Shown here piece by piece: positions 50,492 to 61,643 of a stretch of DNA of 64,000 nt (its first letter is position 1; every line of letters starts with the position of its first letter). The DNA is from Candidatus Dadabacteria bacterium (GTDB lineage: Bacteria > Desulfobacterota_D > UBA1144 > Nemesobacterales > CSP1-2): positions 96,001 through 160,000 of the forward strand of contig CAWDVW010000005.1 of the NCBI GenBank assembly GCA_963805855.1. Direction: 5' to 3'. The translations under genes and the position numbers were made by a program. The notes beneath the pieces are model-generated. The model did not search any database and was not told the origin of the DNA. It saw only the letters and a list, made by a program, of their open reading frames with translations.

Positions 50492-51529
50492 ATGATATTC
50501 GATTCAATAATTGGTTGGTTTTCTAATGATCTAGCAGTCGATTTAGGTACGGCAAACACTTTAGTATATGTAAAGGGAAAAGGAATAGTGGCTAACGAGC
50601 CCTCTGTTGTAGCAATCCAAGATCTTGATGGTAGATCAAAGAGAATTCTCGCGGTAGGAAAAGAAGCGAAGGACATGGTTGGACGAACGCCTGGATCCAT
50701 AAAGGCTATTAGGCCATTGAAAGAAGGTGTCATTGCAGATTTTGATGTTGCTCAAAAGATGTTGGAGTACTTTATAAGAAAAACTCACAATAATCGAAAG
50801 AGCTTTGTAAGACCAAGAATTATAGTTTCTGTCCCGATCGGTATAACCGAGGTTGAAAAAAGGGCTGTGAGAGAGTCTGCGGAAGCAGCGGGTGCCCGTG
50901 AGGTTTACTTAATTGAAGAAACGATGGCAGCAGCCCTCGGAGCGGGCATGGCAGTGACAGAGCCCGGAGGAAATATGGTCGTGGACGTCGGAGGGGGAAC
51001 TACTGGGGTTGCAGTAATATCCCTCGCGGGCATTGTAGTGAGCAAATCGGTCAAGGTCGGAGGGGACAGACTCGATGAGTCGATCACACAGTATGTAAAG
51101 AGCAATTACAGCATGTTGATAGGAGAAAGAACCGCTGAAATGGTCAAGATACGGCTAGGCAAAGCCATGGGAAATGGCGACGTTGGCTCTATGAACGTTA
51201 AGGGAAGGGACCTAAGAGCGGGCATACCAAAAACGGTAGAGATAACTTCGGAAGAAGTCAGAGAAGCGCTTAGCAATCCGCTAGCTTCAATTGTCGAGGC
51301 TATCAAGCAGACCTTGGAAAGGACTCCACCAGAGCTAGCCGCGGATATTGTTGATAACGGCATCGTTTTAACGGGAGGCGGAGCCCTATTGGGTGGACTT
51401 GATATCTTGATCAATGATGCAACAGGTCTTCCAGTCAGTGTGGCGGATGATCCCCTGACCTGTGTCGTTCTGGGTTCCGGAAAAGCTCTTGACGAATTAG
51501 ATCTCTTAAAAGAAGTTAGCGTGTGGTGA
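50492..51529 (+). CDS. mreB: rod shape-determining protein MreB
   Basis: [44 protein letters not shown]. Confidence 0.98.
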   Translation: MIFDSIIGWFSNDLAVDLGTANTLVYVKGKGIVANEPSVVAIQDLDGRSKRILAVGKEAKDMVGRTPGSIKAIRPLKEGVIADFDVAQKMLEYFIRKTHNNRKSFVRPRIIVSVPIGITEVEKRAVRESAEAAGAREVYLIEETMAAALGAGMAVTEPGGNMVVDVGGGTTGVAVISLAGIVVSKSVKVGGDRLDESITQYVKSNYSMLIGERTAEMVKIRLGKAMGNGDVGSMNVKGRDLRAGIPKTVEITSEEVREALSNPLASIVEAIKQTLERTPPELAADIVDNGIVLTGGGALLGGLDILINDATGLPVSVADDPLTCVVLGSGKALDELDLLKEVSVW

Positions 51530-51564
51530 CAACATCGAGAAGGGTCTGGTATTGATCAATCCAT

Positions 51565-51588
51565 CCCATTTGCTCGAAAGCAAATGGG
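51565..51588 (+). other. intercistronic hairpin between mreB and mreC
   Basis: CCCATTTGCT-CGAA-AGCAAATGGG, perfect 10-bp stem, no U-tract. Confidence 0.6.
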
Positions 51589-51603
51589 CTCTTACAGACA
51601 AAT

Positions 51604-52431
51604 ATGGGTTTTTTGAAGCGCCATCCGTTAATAATCATAGTACTTTCCTTACTCTTAGCAATACAGGTTTTTTCATTGTCCACTGATGAAAAACGTTTGC
51701 CAGTCCCGTTTTCAAAATTTATTCTTAACTTAACGTATTATCCGCAGAAATTCATGTACGAGGTTACAGAATCAATAATTAATGTATGGCAAAATTATAT
51801 TGATCTGGTAGATGTAAGAAATGAAAACGAAAGACTAATTGTTGAAAATGCTCAGCTCCGTCATGAAAATATGCAACTTCTGGAAGCTAAATTACAAAAC
51901 GATAGGCTCAAGAAATTGTTAGAGTTTAAAGACTATTCTCAAACTCGTACACTGACTGCAAATGTGATTGCGGGAAGCCCTTCAATAACTAGAACAGAGA
52001 TAGTGATCATTGATAAGGGTAGCAGTGATGGCTTAAGTGAGGGAATGCCAATCGCAACATTCGAGGGAATTGTAGGAAGGGTTTATCTGGTTGGTGACAG
52101 AGACGCTGAAGTAATGTTGATAACAGATCCCTTAAGCGCTGTAGACGCGTACATCCATCGAACCAGGGCCAGAGGAATCGTCAAGGGTACGGGCTTCGGA
52201 TGTATAATGGAATATATCGACAGTAAAACAGACCTAAGTATAGGTGATAAAGTTATATCATCAGGAAAAGACGGATTCTTCCCTAAAGGGGTTCTCATAG
52301 GCACCGTAGAGCAAATCAAACGAAAAGGTAATTTTCTAAGTGCCAAAGTTTCCCCAAACGTGGAATTGAACTCTCTGGAAGAGGTACTTGTATTACTCGA
52401 TCCCTCGGAGAAAATGGCATTAAATGAATAA
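51604..52431 (+). CDS. mreC: rod shape-determining protein MreC
   Basis: TM, coiled coil, IDKGS.DG, V.LITD, GDKVISSG.DG.FPKG. Confidence 0.95.
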   Translation: MGFLKRHPLIIIVLSLLLAIQVFSLSTDEKRLPVPFSKFILNLTYYPQKFMYEVTESIINVWQNYIDLVDVRNENERLIVENAQLRHENMQLLEAKLQNDRLKKLLEFKDYSQTRTLTANVIAGSPSITRTEIVIIDKGSSDGLSEGMPIATFEGIVGRVYLVGDRDAEVMLITDPLSAVDAYIHRTRARGIVKGTGFGCIMEYIDSKTDLSIGDKVISSGKDGFFPKGVLIGTVEQIKRKGNFLSAKVSPNVELNSLEEVLVLLDPSEKMALNE

Positions 52432-52915
52432 CGCAATTGCTGCCATATTTTTTATCTCTCTATCCCTGCTCTTTATCGTACTCCAATCTACTTTGCTTGC
52501 TCCGATCAAAATTGGAAGCTTTAGCCCGGACTTCAATCTAATTTTAATAATAATTATTGCGATGCTCTCAGACGTTAAAGGAGGTTCGATCTTTGCATTG
52601 GGAAACGGATATTTAATGGATGTACTGTCAGGCGGACTAATGGGAGTAAATACACTATCAAGGCTTAGTATCTATGCTGCAATTCGTGGTACCACAAATA
52701 ACGTCTATTATCAACAAATTCCAGTATTATCGGTCGTAATATTTCTCAGTACTATTTTTTCCTGGCTCTTCATTTGGGTTGTAATTAAGATTAACTCCGA
52801 CATTGATTTTAGTGTTTCTCTTAACGTAATATTAAAACAAGGAGCCATAAACACGATAGTTGGGGTTCCGCTCTATTTAATGATCAAGAAAATCCATGAA
52901 AGAATACAAGAATAG
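52424..52915 (+). CDS. mreD: rod shape-determining protein MreD
   Basis: Hydrophobic 163 aa, PDF.LI, G.LMD.LSG..MG; lies between mreC and mrdA. Confidence 0.88.
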   Translation: MNNAIAAIFFISLSLLFIVLQSTLLAPIKIGSFSPDFNLILIIIIAMLSDVKGGSIFALGNGYLMDVLSGGLMGVNTLSRLSIYAAIRGTTNNVYYQQIPVLSVVIFLSTIFSWLFIWVVIKINSDIDFSVSLNVILKQGAINTIVGVPLYLMIKKIHERIQE

Positions 52916-54695
52916 GCTAATTATAGCAACCGTAATCCTTATTCAAGCATTTTTGATCCTCGCGGGGAGGATGTGGTATATGCAAATCCTTAAGGGTAAC
53001 GAATATGAACAATTCTCGCGAGATAATCGAGTTCGCATAACCAAGTTTCCAGCGCCCAGGGGAAGGATTCTTGATAGGAGGGGCAGGGAACTAGTAATCA
53101 ATAGATCTTCCTTTGACGTCTACGTATTTCCAAATGACATTAAAGATATAGATGTTACAAGTAATAGCCTTTCCCAAGCCCTAGAGATAGACGCCGGTCA
53201 AATCAGGAAAGAGATAACAGACGCTTATAAAGCAAACCGCTTTGCACCTACAGTTATTGCTAAAGATATTAATAGGGATCAACTTGCATTTATCGAAGCT
53301 CGAAAGATCTATCTACAAGGAGTATTTATCCAGATTAGCCACACCCGCGAATATCCCTACAGGGATATTGGAGCACCTTTCATTGGCTACCTAGGAAAGG
53401 CGAGTAAAGATGATGTTATTGAACACCCAAATTTACTCCCGGGCACATTAGTCGGTAAAAACGGGGTAGAAAGATCTTTTAACAATTATCTCCTTGGTGA
53501 GGATGGTTACAAGCAAAAGATAACCGACGCTCTAGGTAGAGAGGTTAATTGGCGATTGCTGGAGAGAGATCTTAAGAGCCAGGATAGTGTTCCCGGCGGT
53601 GACGTAGTACTTTCAATAGACATAGACCTCCAAAAAGCGGCTGAAGAATCTCTGGGGGAAAGGGCTGGCGCTGTGGTTGCAGTAGACGTGAGAACAGGAC
53701 AGGTGTTGGCATTGGTAAGTCATCCGACTTTCAACCCGGAAGAATTTATTGACGGTATGGATTCCACCGAATGGAATAACCTAATACGTAACAGCAGTTC
53801 CCCACTACTTGACCGTGCGACGCAAGGTCTTTACGCACCTGGATCGGTATTTAAAATCGTAACTGCGTCTGCCGCGCTTAACGAGGGAGTAGTCGATGAG
53901 CAGACCCGATTCCATTGCCCAGGCAGCTATAGAATTGGCAACAGAACATTTAGATGCTGGAAAAAGGGTGGGCACGGGCTATTAAACCTTCATCAGGCAA
54001 TTGTACAATCTTGTGATGTCTATTTCTATCACGTCGCTGAAAAACTCGGAATAGACCGTCTTGCAAAGTATATCCAGGGATTTGGCTTTGGTCGCCCAAC
54101 GGGTATCGCCCTTAATGAGAGACCAGGAATCGCCCCGAGTAGAGAATGGAAATTAAATGCACTCAAAAAACCATGGTACTTGGGAGAGACTATTGTAACA
54201 TCAATCGGTCAAGGGTATTTGAGCGTATCTCCACTTCAGGTTGCGTTGATGACTGCATCCATCGCAAACGGAGGGATTCTCTTTAAACCCCACATCGTTA
54301 AAAAGGTGACCGGTCCCGATGGTAAAGTCTTACTAAACATCGCTCCCGAGGAAAACGCACTTATACCCGTGAGCGAAGAAGCAATTAGCGTTATCATGAG
54401 GGCTCTAAAAGGAGTGGTAAATGAACCCGGTGGAACAGGATGGGCGTCAAGGATCGATAACGTAGAGGTTGCAGGCAAGACGGGTACCGCTCAGGTTATA
54501 TCACTCAATTCAAACAGCGATAAAGCGTCTCACAAAGATCATGCATGGTTCACTTCTTATGCTCCTGCCGATAGTCCGGAGATTGCTGTGACTGTCCTTG
54601 TTGAACACGGAGGAGGAGGCGGGGCAGTTGCGGCTCCTATCGTAAGAAGGATCCTCGAAACCTATTTCAAATTGAAAGAAGGGGGCAACGTATGA
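52896..54695 (+). CDS. mrdA: penicillin-binding protein 2
   Basis: APRGRILDR, GSVFK (SxxK), SCDVYFY, KTGTAQ, DHAWF. Confidence 0.95.
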   Translation: MKEYKNRLIIATVILIQAFLILAGRMWYMQILKGNEYEQFSRDNRVRITKFPAPRGRILDRRGRELVINRSSFDVYVFPNDIKDIDVTSNSLSQALEIDAGQIRKEITDAYKANRFAPTVIAKDINRDQLAFIEARKIYLQGVFIQISHTREYPYRDIGAPFIGYLGKASKDDVIEHPNLLPGTLVGKNGVERSFNNYLLGEDGYKQKITDALGREVNWRLLERDLKSQDSVPGGDVVLSIDIDLQKAAEESLGERAGAVVAVDVRTGQVLALVSHPTFNPEEFIDGMDSTEWNNLIRNSSSPLLDRATQGLYAPGSVFKIVTASAALNEGVVDEQTRFHCPGSYRIGNRTFRCWKKGGHGLLNLHQAIVQSCDVYFYHVAEKLGIDRLAKYIQGFGFGRPTGIALNERPGIAPSREWKLNALKKPWYLGETIVTSIGQGYLSVSPLQVALMTASIANGGILFKPHIVKKVTGPDGKVLLNIAPEENALIPVSEEAISVIMRALKGVVNEPGGTGWASRIDNVEVAGKTGTAQVISLNSNSDKASHKDHAWFTSYAPADSPEIAVTVLVEHGGGGGAVAAPIVRRILETYFKLKEGGNV

Positions 54696-55816
54696 TGATG
54701 TTTGATAGAAGACTGCTCAAGAACTATGGCTGGGCACTCTTTATTTTAACCCTCACATTCTTAATTATCGGCCTTATAAATCTGTACAGTGCTTCATTTC
54801 AAACCGAATACTACGTCTTCAAAAAGCAATTAGTTTGGGTGAATTTAGGTTTAATCGGGATGATTTTAGTGTCTTTCTTGGATTTCAAAACCATCAAGCG
54901 GTATACCACGCATATCTATGCGATCACGACCATTTTTCTAATCATAACCCTATTATTTGGTAGAGAAGTCGCTGGATCAAAGAGCTGGATCTCACTGGGT
55001 CATATTATAAATATTCAACCGTCTGAGTTTGCAAAGCTAACGATCATAATCGCATTAGCCAAATTTTATGATAACGATTTTGACCCCGGACCATACGGAA
55101 TACGTGACCTCGTAAAACCGATACTTATCGTAGCAATACCGGTGGTCCTTGTAATGTTACAGCCTGACCTCGGTACTGCCTTCGTCATAATTTTGATATC
55201 GGGAAGCATTATATTTTTTATGGGTATTCGGGTTAAATCTCTACTCTTTCTGTTCATAGTTATTATTGGGCTTTCTTTCTCTAGCTGGCAATTCCTATTT
55301 AAGGATTATCAGAAAGAGAGAATCGTAACCTTTATCGACTCCTCGCAAGACCCACTGGGTTCTGGCTACAATGCAATACAGTCACAGATAGCAGTTGGCT
55401 CCGGAAAATTTCTCGGTAAAGGTTTCAAGTCCGGATCTCAAACGCAGCTACGATTTATTCCGGCGCAGAAAACCGATTTTGTTTTTTCAGTTCTTGCCGA
55501 AGAGTGGGGATTTGTCGGCGCAATTATTACACTCGTCATTTATTTTCTCATCATACTTTGGATCCTAGATACCGCAAGTGGTTCCAAAGACAAATTCACA
55601 ATGTTAATATGCTTTGGTATCGCTGCAATGTATTTTTGGCATATCGTGATAAATGTAGGTATGGTCATCGGAATATTACCCGTTACTGGCGTACCGATGT
55701 TGCTGTTAAGCTACGGTGGCTCTTCGACTATCTCTTCGCTACTGGGAATAGGAATCGTACTGGGAATAAGGATGAGAAGAACCCCTCTTGTGAAAGAGGC
55801 ACTCGATCTTGCTTAG
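54692..55816 (+). CDS. rodA: SEDS peptidoglycan polymerase RodA
   Basis: QPSEFAK, QPDLGT, YQKERI, QSQIAVGSG, TDFVFS..AEE.G, SYGGSS. Confidence 0.95.
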   Translation: MMMFDRRLLKNYGWALFILTLTFLIIGLINLYSASFQTEYYVFKKQLVWVNLGLIGMILVSFLDFKTIKRYTTHIYAITTIFLIITLLFGREVAGSKSWISLGHIINIQPSEFAKLTIIIALAKFYDNDFDPGPYGIRDLVKPILIVAIPVVLVMLQPDLGTAFVIILISGSIIFFMGIRVKSLLFLFIVIIGLSFSSWQFLFKDYQKERIVTFIDSSQDPLGSGYNAIQSQIAVGSGKFLGKGFKSGSQTQLRFIPAQKTDFVFSVLAEEWGFVGAIITLVIYFLIILWILDTASGSKDKFTMLICFGIAAMYFWHIVINVGMVIGILPVTGVPMLLLSYGGSSTISSLLGIGIVLGIRMRRTPLVKEALDLA

Positions 55817-55831
55817 TTAGATATACTCCTT

Positions 55832-56797
55832 TCACTTATGTAGATCTCTCCAGCACGGTATGCCCCCGAGGCTTTTTGCCTTCTTTACAGCACTAATTAT
55901 TGCATCCGATATTAGTTCTGCTGCTATAATTCCACATGTATTGGCATCGCCCCGAGATTCGCCAAAAGAAATCGCAAACACCAGATCCCCGTCCGCGGAT
56001 GTATGTGAAGGAGAGATCACCCTTGTTATCCCTGTCTGGCCTATCGCAGAAATCCTAAATAATTCTTCCTTTGAAAATCCCACGTTTGTCACAACGACCG
56101 CTAGAGTTGTGCTCAGAAAGGGTTCTAATTCCTTTTTCACCTCACTCTTAACCAGATTTACGGTGCCGAGAAACTTCATCGCATCGTTTGGATCCCTCAC
56201 ACCCGCAATAATTCCACCGTCCTCAATCGATATTACATCTCCAAAGGCATTGACGGCAACCAAAACCCCCAGCACATCACCATTAGAGAACGTATGACTT
56301 GCTGACCCAACGCCACCCTTCGTAGCATTCTTTAAACCCAAAAGCTTCCCGATTGTCGCCCCGGTCCCCACGCCGACGCTGCCCTCTTCGACAGGATTTG
56401 AAGTGGCATTCAGGCATGCTTCGTATCCCATCTTCGCATCGGGTCTTATTTTCCCATTTCCTATGCCCAAATCAAACAAAACCGCAGTAGGAACCGCGGG
56501 AACAACCAAACCATAACCAGTTTGAAATCCTTGTCCGCCCTCCTCGAGGTATCTCATCACCCCCCCTGACGCATCAAGTCCGTATGCACTACCCCCTGTA
56601 AGGAGAACCCCCTGTACTTTCCCGAATGTGTTGTGTGGAAGCAGAGAATCTATCTGCCTAGTACTGGTCCCACCCCCTCGCAAGTCAACGGCACCATTGG
56701 CGGCTTAATCGAATAGAATGACTGTGCAGCCTGTTATTGCATCAAAATCAGAAGCATGCCCAACCCTCACACCAGGTACATCAGTTATAGAACCCAT
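55832..56797 (-). pseudogene. P1/S58 (DmpA-like) peptidase interrupted by an in-frame TAA
   Basis: ATG 56797: MGSITDVPGVRVGHA...TGCTVILFD*AANGAVDLRGGG; TAA at 56705-56707; then LTGGSAYGL, G.VG.GTGA, PSHT..DGD. Confidence 0.8.
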
Positions 56798-57062
56798 CGT
56801 TACAGTTTAATTTAATACAATCCATTTCCAAATTCATAAACCTGACTATTACTATTTGTACAATCGTTCTGAAAGAACCGAGACAGATTCAGATCCGAAA
56901 TAATTTATAAAATCATTGTCCACTTTGCAGAGATCGATTTATCGGTGTGTACAGTAACGCAGAGGGAACTACAACGCAGTTAAATTAAGACACCTCCATA
57001 AGTTCGATGCTCCCTCAATCCTTGTTGATATCAACCCTGGTACAATTGTCTCCTAAAATCAC

Positions 57063-57090
57063 TTGACAGAATACCATATTCGGCTAAAAT
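57063..57090 (+). promoter_or_regulatory. putative sigma70 promoter of the oxidase operon
   Basis: TTGACA-16 bp-TAAAAT. Confidence 0.5.
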
Positions 57091-57250
57091 CATTTCCGTT
57101 CTTTCCAACATTCAGGGGTTAATTAGGATTAGTAACTCGCATTCTTAAGTACACCAATGTAAGAAATTTGATTGTAAACACTAAATAGAGAAATGATTTC
57201 AACTGCGTGGTTAGAGAAAATCATCAATTAATCAAATCAGAGTCTTCCTT

Positions 57251-58096
57251 TTGGAATTAATGCTTCTCAAAATGTTCAAGTCCTCATCCGCATCTATAGT
57301 TAAAACAAATATTTTGGCATTAATGATGGTAGCGGTTTCCGCGGTATGGTGTGGTGCCATAACCAACGAAGCAGACGTAAAGGATATCGGTGTCGACGAA
57401 AAACTTGGTGAGGCAATACCACTGGATTTAAAATTCTTTGACGAAGATGGCAATCAAATCATACTTGGAGATTTATTTAAAGACGGTAAGCCATTGATCC
57501 TATCGCTAGCTTATTTCAGTTGTCCGAGATTATGCAGTTTAACCTTGAAAGGAACGTTGGAATCCATAAATGCACTCTCAAGTCTCTATCTAGGAAAAGA
57601 TTTTAAAATCGCAACCCTAAGCTTCAACCCAATCGAAAAACCGGACATAGCCAGAAAAAAGGCAGTTAAGTACCGTGGTAAGTTAAAAAAAGAGCAATCC
57701 GCTGAAAAGAAATGGCTCTTTCTTACGGGTAATGAAGACAATATTTCTAAATTAACACAAGCGGTCGGTTTTAGATACAAAAAGGACGGAGAAGAGTTTG
57801 CACATCCCACGACTATGATCTTTATTACTCCGGAAGGGAGAATATCCCGTTATCTCTATGGAGTTGAATTCGAACCTAAAGAGATGAAGCTTTCTCTACT
57901 CGAAGCGTCGGACGGAAAGATCGGATCTTCAGAGGTACTGAATAAGGTTCTACTTTTTTGTTATGGGTTTGATCCCGTTGGAAAGAGATACGCCCTTCAG
58001 GCTTTAAAAATCGTTAAAGCCGGGGGGGTGATAACACTTATTTCGCTGGGAATGTTTTTAACGTACTACTGGAAAAGAGAAAAAAAACGGCCATAA
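57251..58096 (+). CDS. SCO1/SenC copper chaperone
   Basis: Y..CPRLC (CxxxC), FAH, P.G.ISRYLYG, C-terminal TM; exact start uncertain. Confidence 0.9.
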   Translation: MELMLLKMFKSSSASIVKTNILALMMVAVSAVWCGAITNEADVKDIGVDEKLGEAIPLDLKFFDEDGNQIILGDLFKDGKPLILSLAYFSCPRLCSLTLKGTLESINALSSLYLGKDFKIATLSFNPIEKPDIARKKAVKYRGKLKKEQSAEKKWLFLTGNEDNISKLTQAVGFRYKKDGEEFAHPTTMIFITPEGRISRYLYGVEFEPKEMKLSLLEASDGKIGSSEVLNKVLLFCYGFDPVGKRYALQALKIVKAGGVITLISLGMFLTYYWKREKKRP

Positions 58097-58123
58097 CAGG
58101 GATGGAGGTTAACAAAGCCTTAG

Positions 58124-59062
58124 ATGAGTTGGATACCTGAAGTAGCTTCAAATTTCGCAACTAAAGTTGACGGAGTGTTACTTTTTGTAACGATCCTTTC
58201 CGTGTTCTTCTTCCTCCTTGTCTCAATTCTCCTTGTATTCTTCGCAGTTAAATACAGAAGAAGAAGAGAGGATGAAGAAACGCCATACATTACCGGGAAT
58301 GAAACACTCGAGTTAATATGGACGGTAATACCGTCCATCCTGTTAATGGTGATATTCGTATATGCGTTTGTAGTCTTCAGGGATATGAGAAATCCACCAG
58401 CAGATGCGACAGAAATAAATGTCACAGCTAAGCAGTGGCTATGGCAGTTCGAATACTATGACGGCAAGAAAACACTGAATGAACTCTATCTTCAACAAAA
58501 CCGGCCGGTTAAGCTTGTTATGCAGTCGGAGGATGTTATTCACAGCTTTTTCGTCCCGGCCTTCCGCGTTAAACAGGATATACTTGGCGGGAGGTATACT
58601 CAGCTCTGGTTTACCCCCACCAAAGTCGGAACCTTTCAGCTATTCTGTGCGGAGTATTGCGGCACAGGCCACTCAAAAATGCTTGGAAAAGTGATTGTCC
58701 TGAGCCCTGAGGCGTATGATATATGGGAAAAGGGCGCGGGCACTACAGAGGAGATTGGAGTCGCTTCCCTTCCCGCTGCAGAAAGAGGGGAACAACTATA
58801 CAAACAAAGCGGTTGTAATGCCTGTCATAGCCTGGATGGAAGCAGCGGTGTTGGCCCATCATGGAAGAGCCTGGTCGGCCATAAAGTAGTAATGCAAAAT
58901 GGAGAAGAGGTAACAGCGGATGAAAATTATATACGTGAATCCATTTTGGAACCCCAGGCGAAAATCGTAAAGGGATTTCAGCCCGTAATGCCTTCATTTA
59001 AAGGGATACTGAGTGACGATGATATTTCAGCATTAATTGCATACATGAAGACTCTTGAATAA
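58124..59062 (+). CDS. coxB: cytochrome c oxidase subunit II with fused cytochrome c (caa3 type)
   Basis: LELIWT, QW.W.F.Y, CuA site DVIHSF..CAEYCGTGHSKM, heme c motif CNACH and distal MP. Confidence 0.96.
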   Translation: MSWIPEVASNFATKVDGVLLFVTILSVFFFLLVSILLVFFAVKYRRRREDEETPYITGNETLELIWTVIPSILLMVIFVYAFVVFRDMRNPPADATEINVTAKQWLWQFEYYDGKKTLNELYLQQNRPVKLVMQSEDVIHSFFVPAFRVKQDILGGRYTQLWFTPTKVGTFQLFCAEYCGTGHSKMLGKVIVLSPEAYDIWEKGAGTTEEIGVASLPAAERGEQLYKQSGCNACHSLDGSSGVGPSWKSLVGHKVVMQNGEEVTADENYIRESILEPQAKIVKGFQPVMPSFKGILSDDDISALIAYMKTLE

Positions 59063-59094
59063 TTCTTATCGGTAAGTTATTGGGAGGTTTTTAA

Positions 59095-60711
59095 ATGGCA
59101 AATCATACAATTGCAGAGACACTACCGGTTCCGTTTTTACAACAGACGGGGATCTTGTCCTGGATCTTATCGACAGATCACAAGAGAATTGGGATAATGT
59201 ACCTTATTTCAATCTCCACATTCTTCGCAGTCGCCGGAATATTCGCACTTTTAATGAGATTTGAACTTCTGACTCCGGAAAAAAACATCCTGGATCCTCA
59301 CACATATAATGTGCTTTTTACTCTTCATGGTGCAATCATGGTCTTTCTCTTCATAGTGCCAGGACTTGCTGCAAGCTTCGGGAATTTCCTTATCCCCTTG
59401 ATGATTGGCGCTCCCGACGTAGCATTTCCGCGGCTTAACCTCGGTAGCTACTGGATCTATCTCCTTGGAGCCATAATTATTCTCTTTGCACTACTACAGC
59501 CCGCAGATACCGGCTGGACATTCTATACCCCTTACAGTATCAAAACGGGCACCGACGTCGTTATGATCACGTTGGGCGTTTTTGTGCTTGGATTTTCCTC
59601 AATTCTAACCGGACTTAACTTCATCGTTACGATCCACAAGTTAAGAGCCCCTGGTATGACCTGGCACCGCCTTCCACTTTTTATATGGGCTTCCTATGCG
59701 ACAGCGATTCTGCAGGTTCTTGCCACCCCGGTAGTCGGGATAACGCTTCTTTTACTCATCGCGGAAAGAACACTGGGTATTGGGTTTTTCGACCCTGCTA
59801 AGGGTGGCGATCCTGTTCTGTTTCAGAGCTTCTTCTGGTTCTATTCTCATCCTGCCGTCTACATAATGATCATACCTGCGATGGGTGTTATATCTGAGAT
59901 AATCCCGGTGTTCGCCAGAAAACCAATTTTTGGCTACAAAGCGATAGCATATTCGAGTCTGGCAATAGCCTTGATAAGCTTTCTTGTTTGGGCACATCAT
60001 ATGTTTGTCGCCGGTATATCAGAAGTAGCAGCAACGATTTTTTCATTCCTTACCTTTCTAGTTGCTATTCCAACCGCTATAAAGGTTTTCAACTGGACAG
60101 CAACCCTGTACAAGGGTTCCATACAGCTGCACTCAGCCATGCTTTACGCACTCTCTTTTATCTTTCTCTTCACAATCGGCGGTCTGACCGGCGTTTTCCT
60201 GGGAGCACTCGCTGTGGATGTTCATCTCCATGATACATACTTCGTAGTGGCTCATATGCACTATGTTATGGTCGGCGGAACTGTTATGGGGTTTTTTGGA
60301 GCACTGCACTTCTGGTTTCCCAAGATGTTTGGAAAGATGCTAAACGACAGTATTGGCAAGATTTCCTGGTTTTTCGTATTCGTTGGTTTTAATGTTACAT
60401 TCTTCCCTCAGTTCTTCATGGGGGTTGAAGGAATGCCAAGGAGATACGCTACATATCTGCCAAAATTCCAGCCACTGATGGAGCTCTCCACAATAGGATC
60501 ATGGATACTTGGCCTCGGTATTTTAATTATGCTTGTAAACATAATCAGGAGTCTAATGAATGGAGAGAAGGCACCTCAGAATCCATTTAATTCACTTTCC
60601 CTGGAATGGTCAGTGCCGTCACCGCCACCCCATGAGAACTTCGAAGAGATCCCGCATGTGACGGACTGGACCTACGGCTATGGCACTAAAAAAAATAAGG
60701 TGGAGGAGTAA
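59095..60711 (+). CDS. coxA: cytochrome c oxidase subunit I, A2 type
   Basis: [47 protein letters not shown]. Confidence 0.97.
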   Translation: MANHTIAETLPVPFLQQTGILSWILSTDHKRIGIMYLISISTFFAVAGIFALLMRFELLTPEKNILDPHTYNVLFTLHGAIMVFLFIVPGLAASFGNFLIPLMIGAPDVAFPRLNLGSYWIYLLGAIIILFALLQPADTGWTFYTPYSIKTGTDVVMITLGVFVLGFSSILTGLNFIVTIHKLRAPGMTWHRLPLFIWASYATAILQVLATPVVGITLLLLIAERTLGIGFFDPAKGGDPVLFQSFFWFYSHPAVYIMIIPAMGVISEIIPVFARKPIFGYKAIAYSSLAIALISFLVWAHHMFVAGISEVAATIFSFLTFLVAIPTAIKVFNWTATLYKGSIQLHSAMLYALSFIFLFTIGGLTGVFLGALAVDVHLHDTYFVVAHMHYVMVGGTVMGFFGALHFWFPKMFGKMLNDSIGKISWFFVFVGFNVTFFPQFFMGVEGMPRRYATYLPKFQPLMELSTIGSWILGLGILIMLVNIIRSLMNGEKAPQNPFNSLSLEWSVPSPPPHENFEEIPHVTDWTYGYGTKKNKVEE

Positions 60712-61317
60712 ATGGAAGATATAAGTATGGAGCACGGACATGCTCATCACATAGATCCAGCCGTCGGGTATGAATCTGCCAAGCTAGGCATGTGGCTATT
60801 TTTAGCAACTGAGCTTTTACTGTTTGGAGGTCTCTTTACAGCTTACACAATTTTTCGTGCTAAGTATCCGGCGATGTTCGAGGAGCAGCACCTTGAGCTC
60901 AATAAAACCCTCGGAGCCTTAAACACAGTAATACTGATCTTCAGTAGTCTGACGATGGCGATGGGAGTGACATGCATTCAGAGAGGAAATCGAAAACTTC
61001 TCACTATATTATTAGCGATAACAATATTATGCGGGCTCATATTCGGTTTTAATAAGTATCTTGAGTACAGTGCCAAGTTTCACCATCACATCTACCCGAG
61101 CACGAGCATTTTCTTTGCACTTTACTTCATGATGACAGGGTTACACATGTTGCATGTGCTCGCCGGTGTAATCACTCTCACCGTTTTACTTGTCCTAAAC
61201 GTCAGGGGGAAATTCTCCGAAACCTATAATTCCCCGGTAGAAATCGGAGGTCTTTACTGGCACCTTGTCGACCTCATCTGGATTTACCTTTTCCCACTTC
61301 TTTACTTAATAACATAA
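60712..61317 (+). CDS. coxC: cytochrome c oxidase subunit III
   Basis: GMWLFLATE, NT.ILI.SS, TGLH.LHV, GLYWHLVD..WI. Confidence 0.95.
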   Translation: MEDISMEHGHAHHIDPAVGYESAKLGMWLFLATELLLFGGLFTAYTIFRAKYPAMFEEQHLELNKTLGALNTVILIFSSLTMAMGVTCIQRGNRKLLTILLAITILCGLIFGFNKYLEYSAKFHHHIYPSTSIFFALYFMMTGLHMLHVLAGVITLTVLLVLNVRGKFSETYNSPVEIGGLYWHLVDLIWIYLFPLLYLIT

Positions 61318-61335
61318 ACGGAGGAAATTTGATAC

Positions 61336-61638
61336 ATGAGTACTCATGCACATGCGGAAAAACATCTTACCAGCTATAAAACCTATGTTTTAGTATGGCT
61401 GGCATTAACTATTCTCACGGCGATTACTATTGCAGTCTCTTACGTAAATTTCGGTGTCTTAAACATCGTGATCGCCCTGGCAATTGCTTCTGTTAAGGCC
61501 GCACTGGTGGCACTTTTCTTCATGCACCTCAAACATGAGGACAAGGTAACCTGGATATTCGCCCTCTACCCTCTTGGCCTGCTGGCCCTCCTAATAGGTT
61601 TAAACATTAGTGATATATTCTATAGAGTCACACCCTAA
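61336..61638 (+). CDS. coxD: cytochrome c oxidase subunit IV family
   Basis: Y..VW..L.ILT, IA..KA.LV..FFMHL. Confidence 0.9.
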   Translation: MSTHAHAEKHLTSYKTYVLVWLALTILTAITIAVSYVNFGVLNIVIALAIASVKAALVALFFMHLKHEDKVTWIFALYPLGLLALLIGLNISDIFYRVTP

Positions 61639-61643
61639 AATTA

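Noticed and set aside
56705-56707. Stop-codon reassignment or Sec/Pyl recoding
   Set aside because: The codon is TAA, which ends many genes here; Sec uses TGA and Pyl uses TAG
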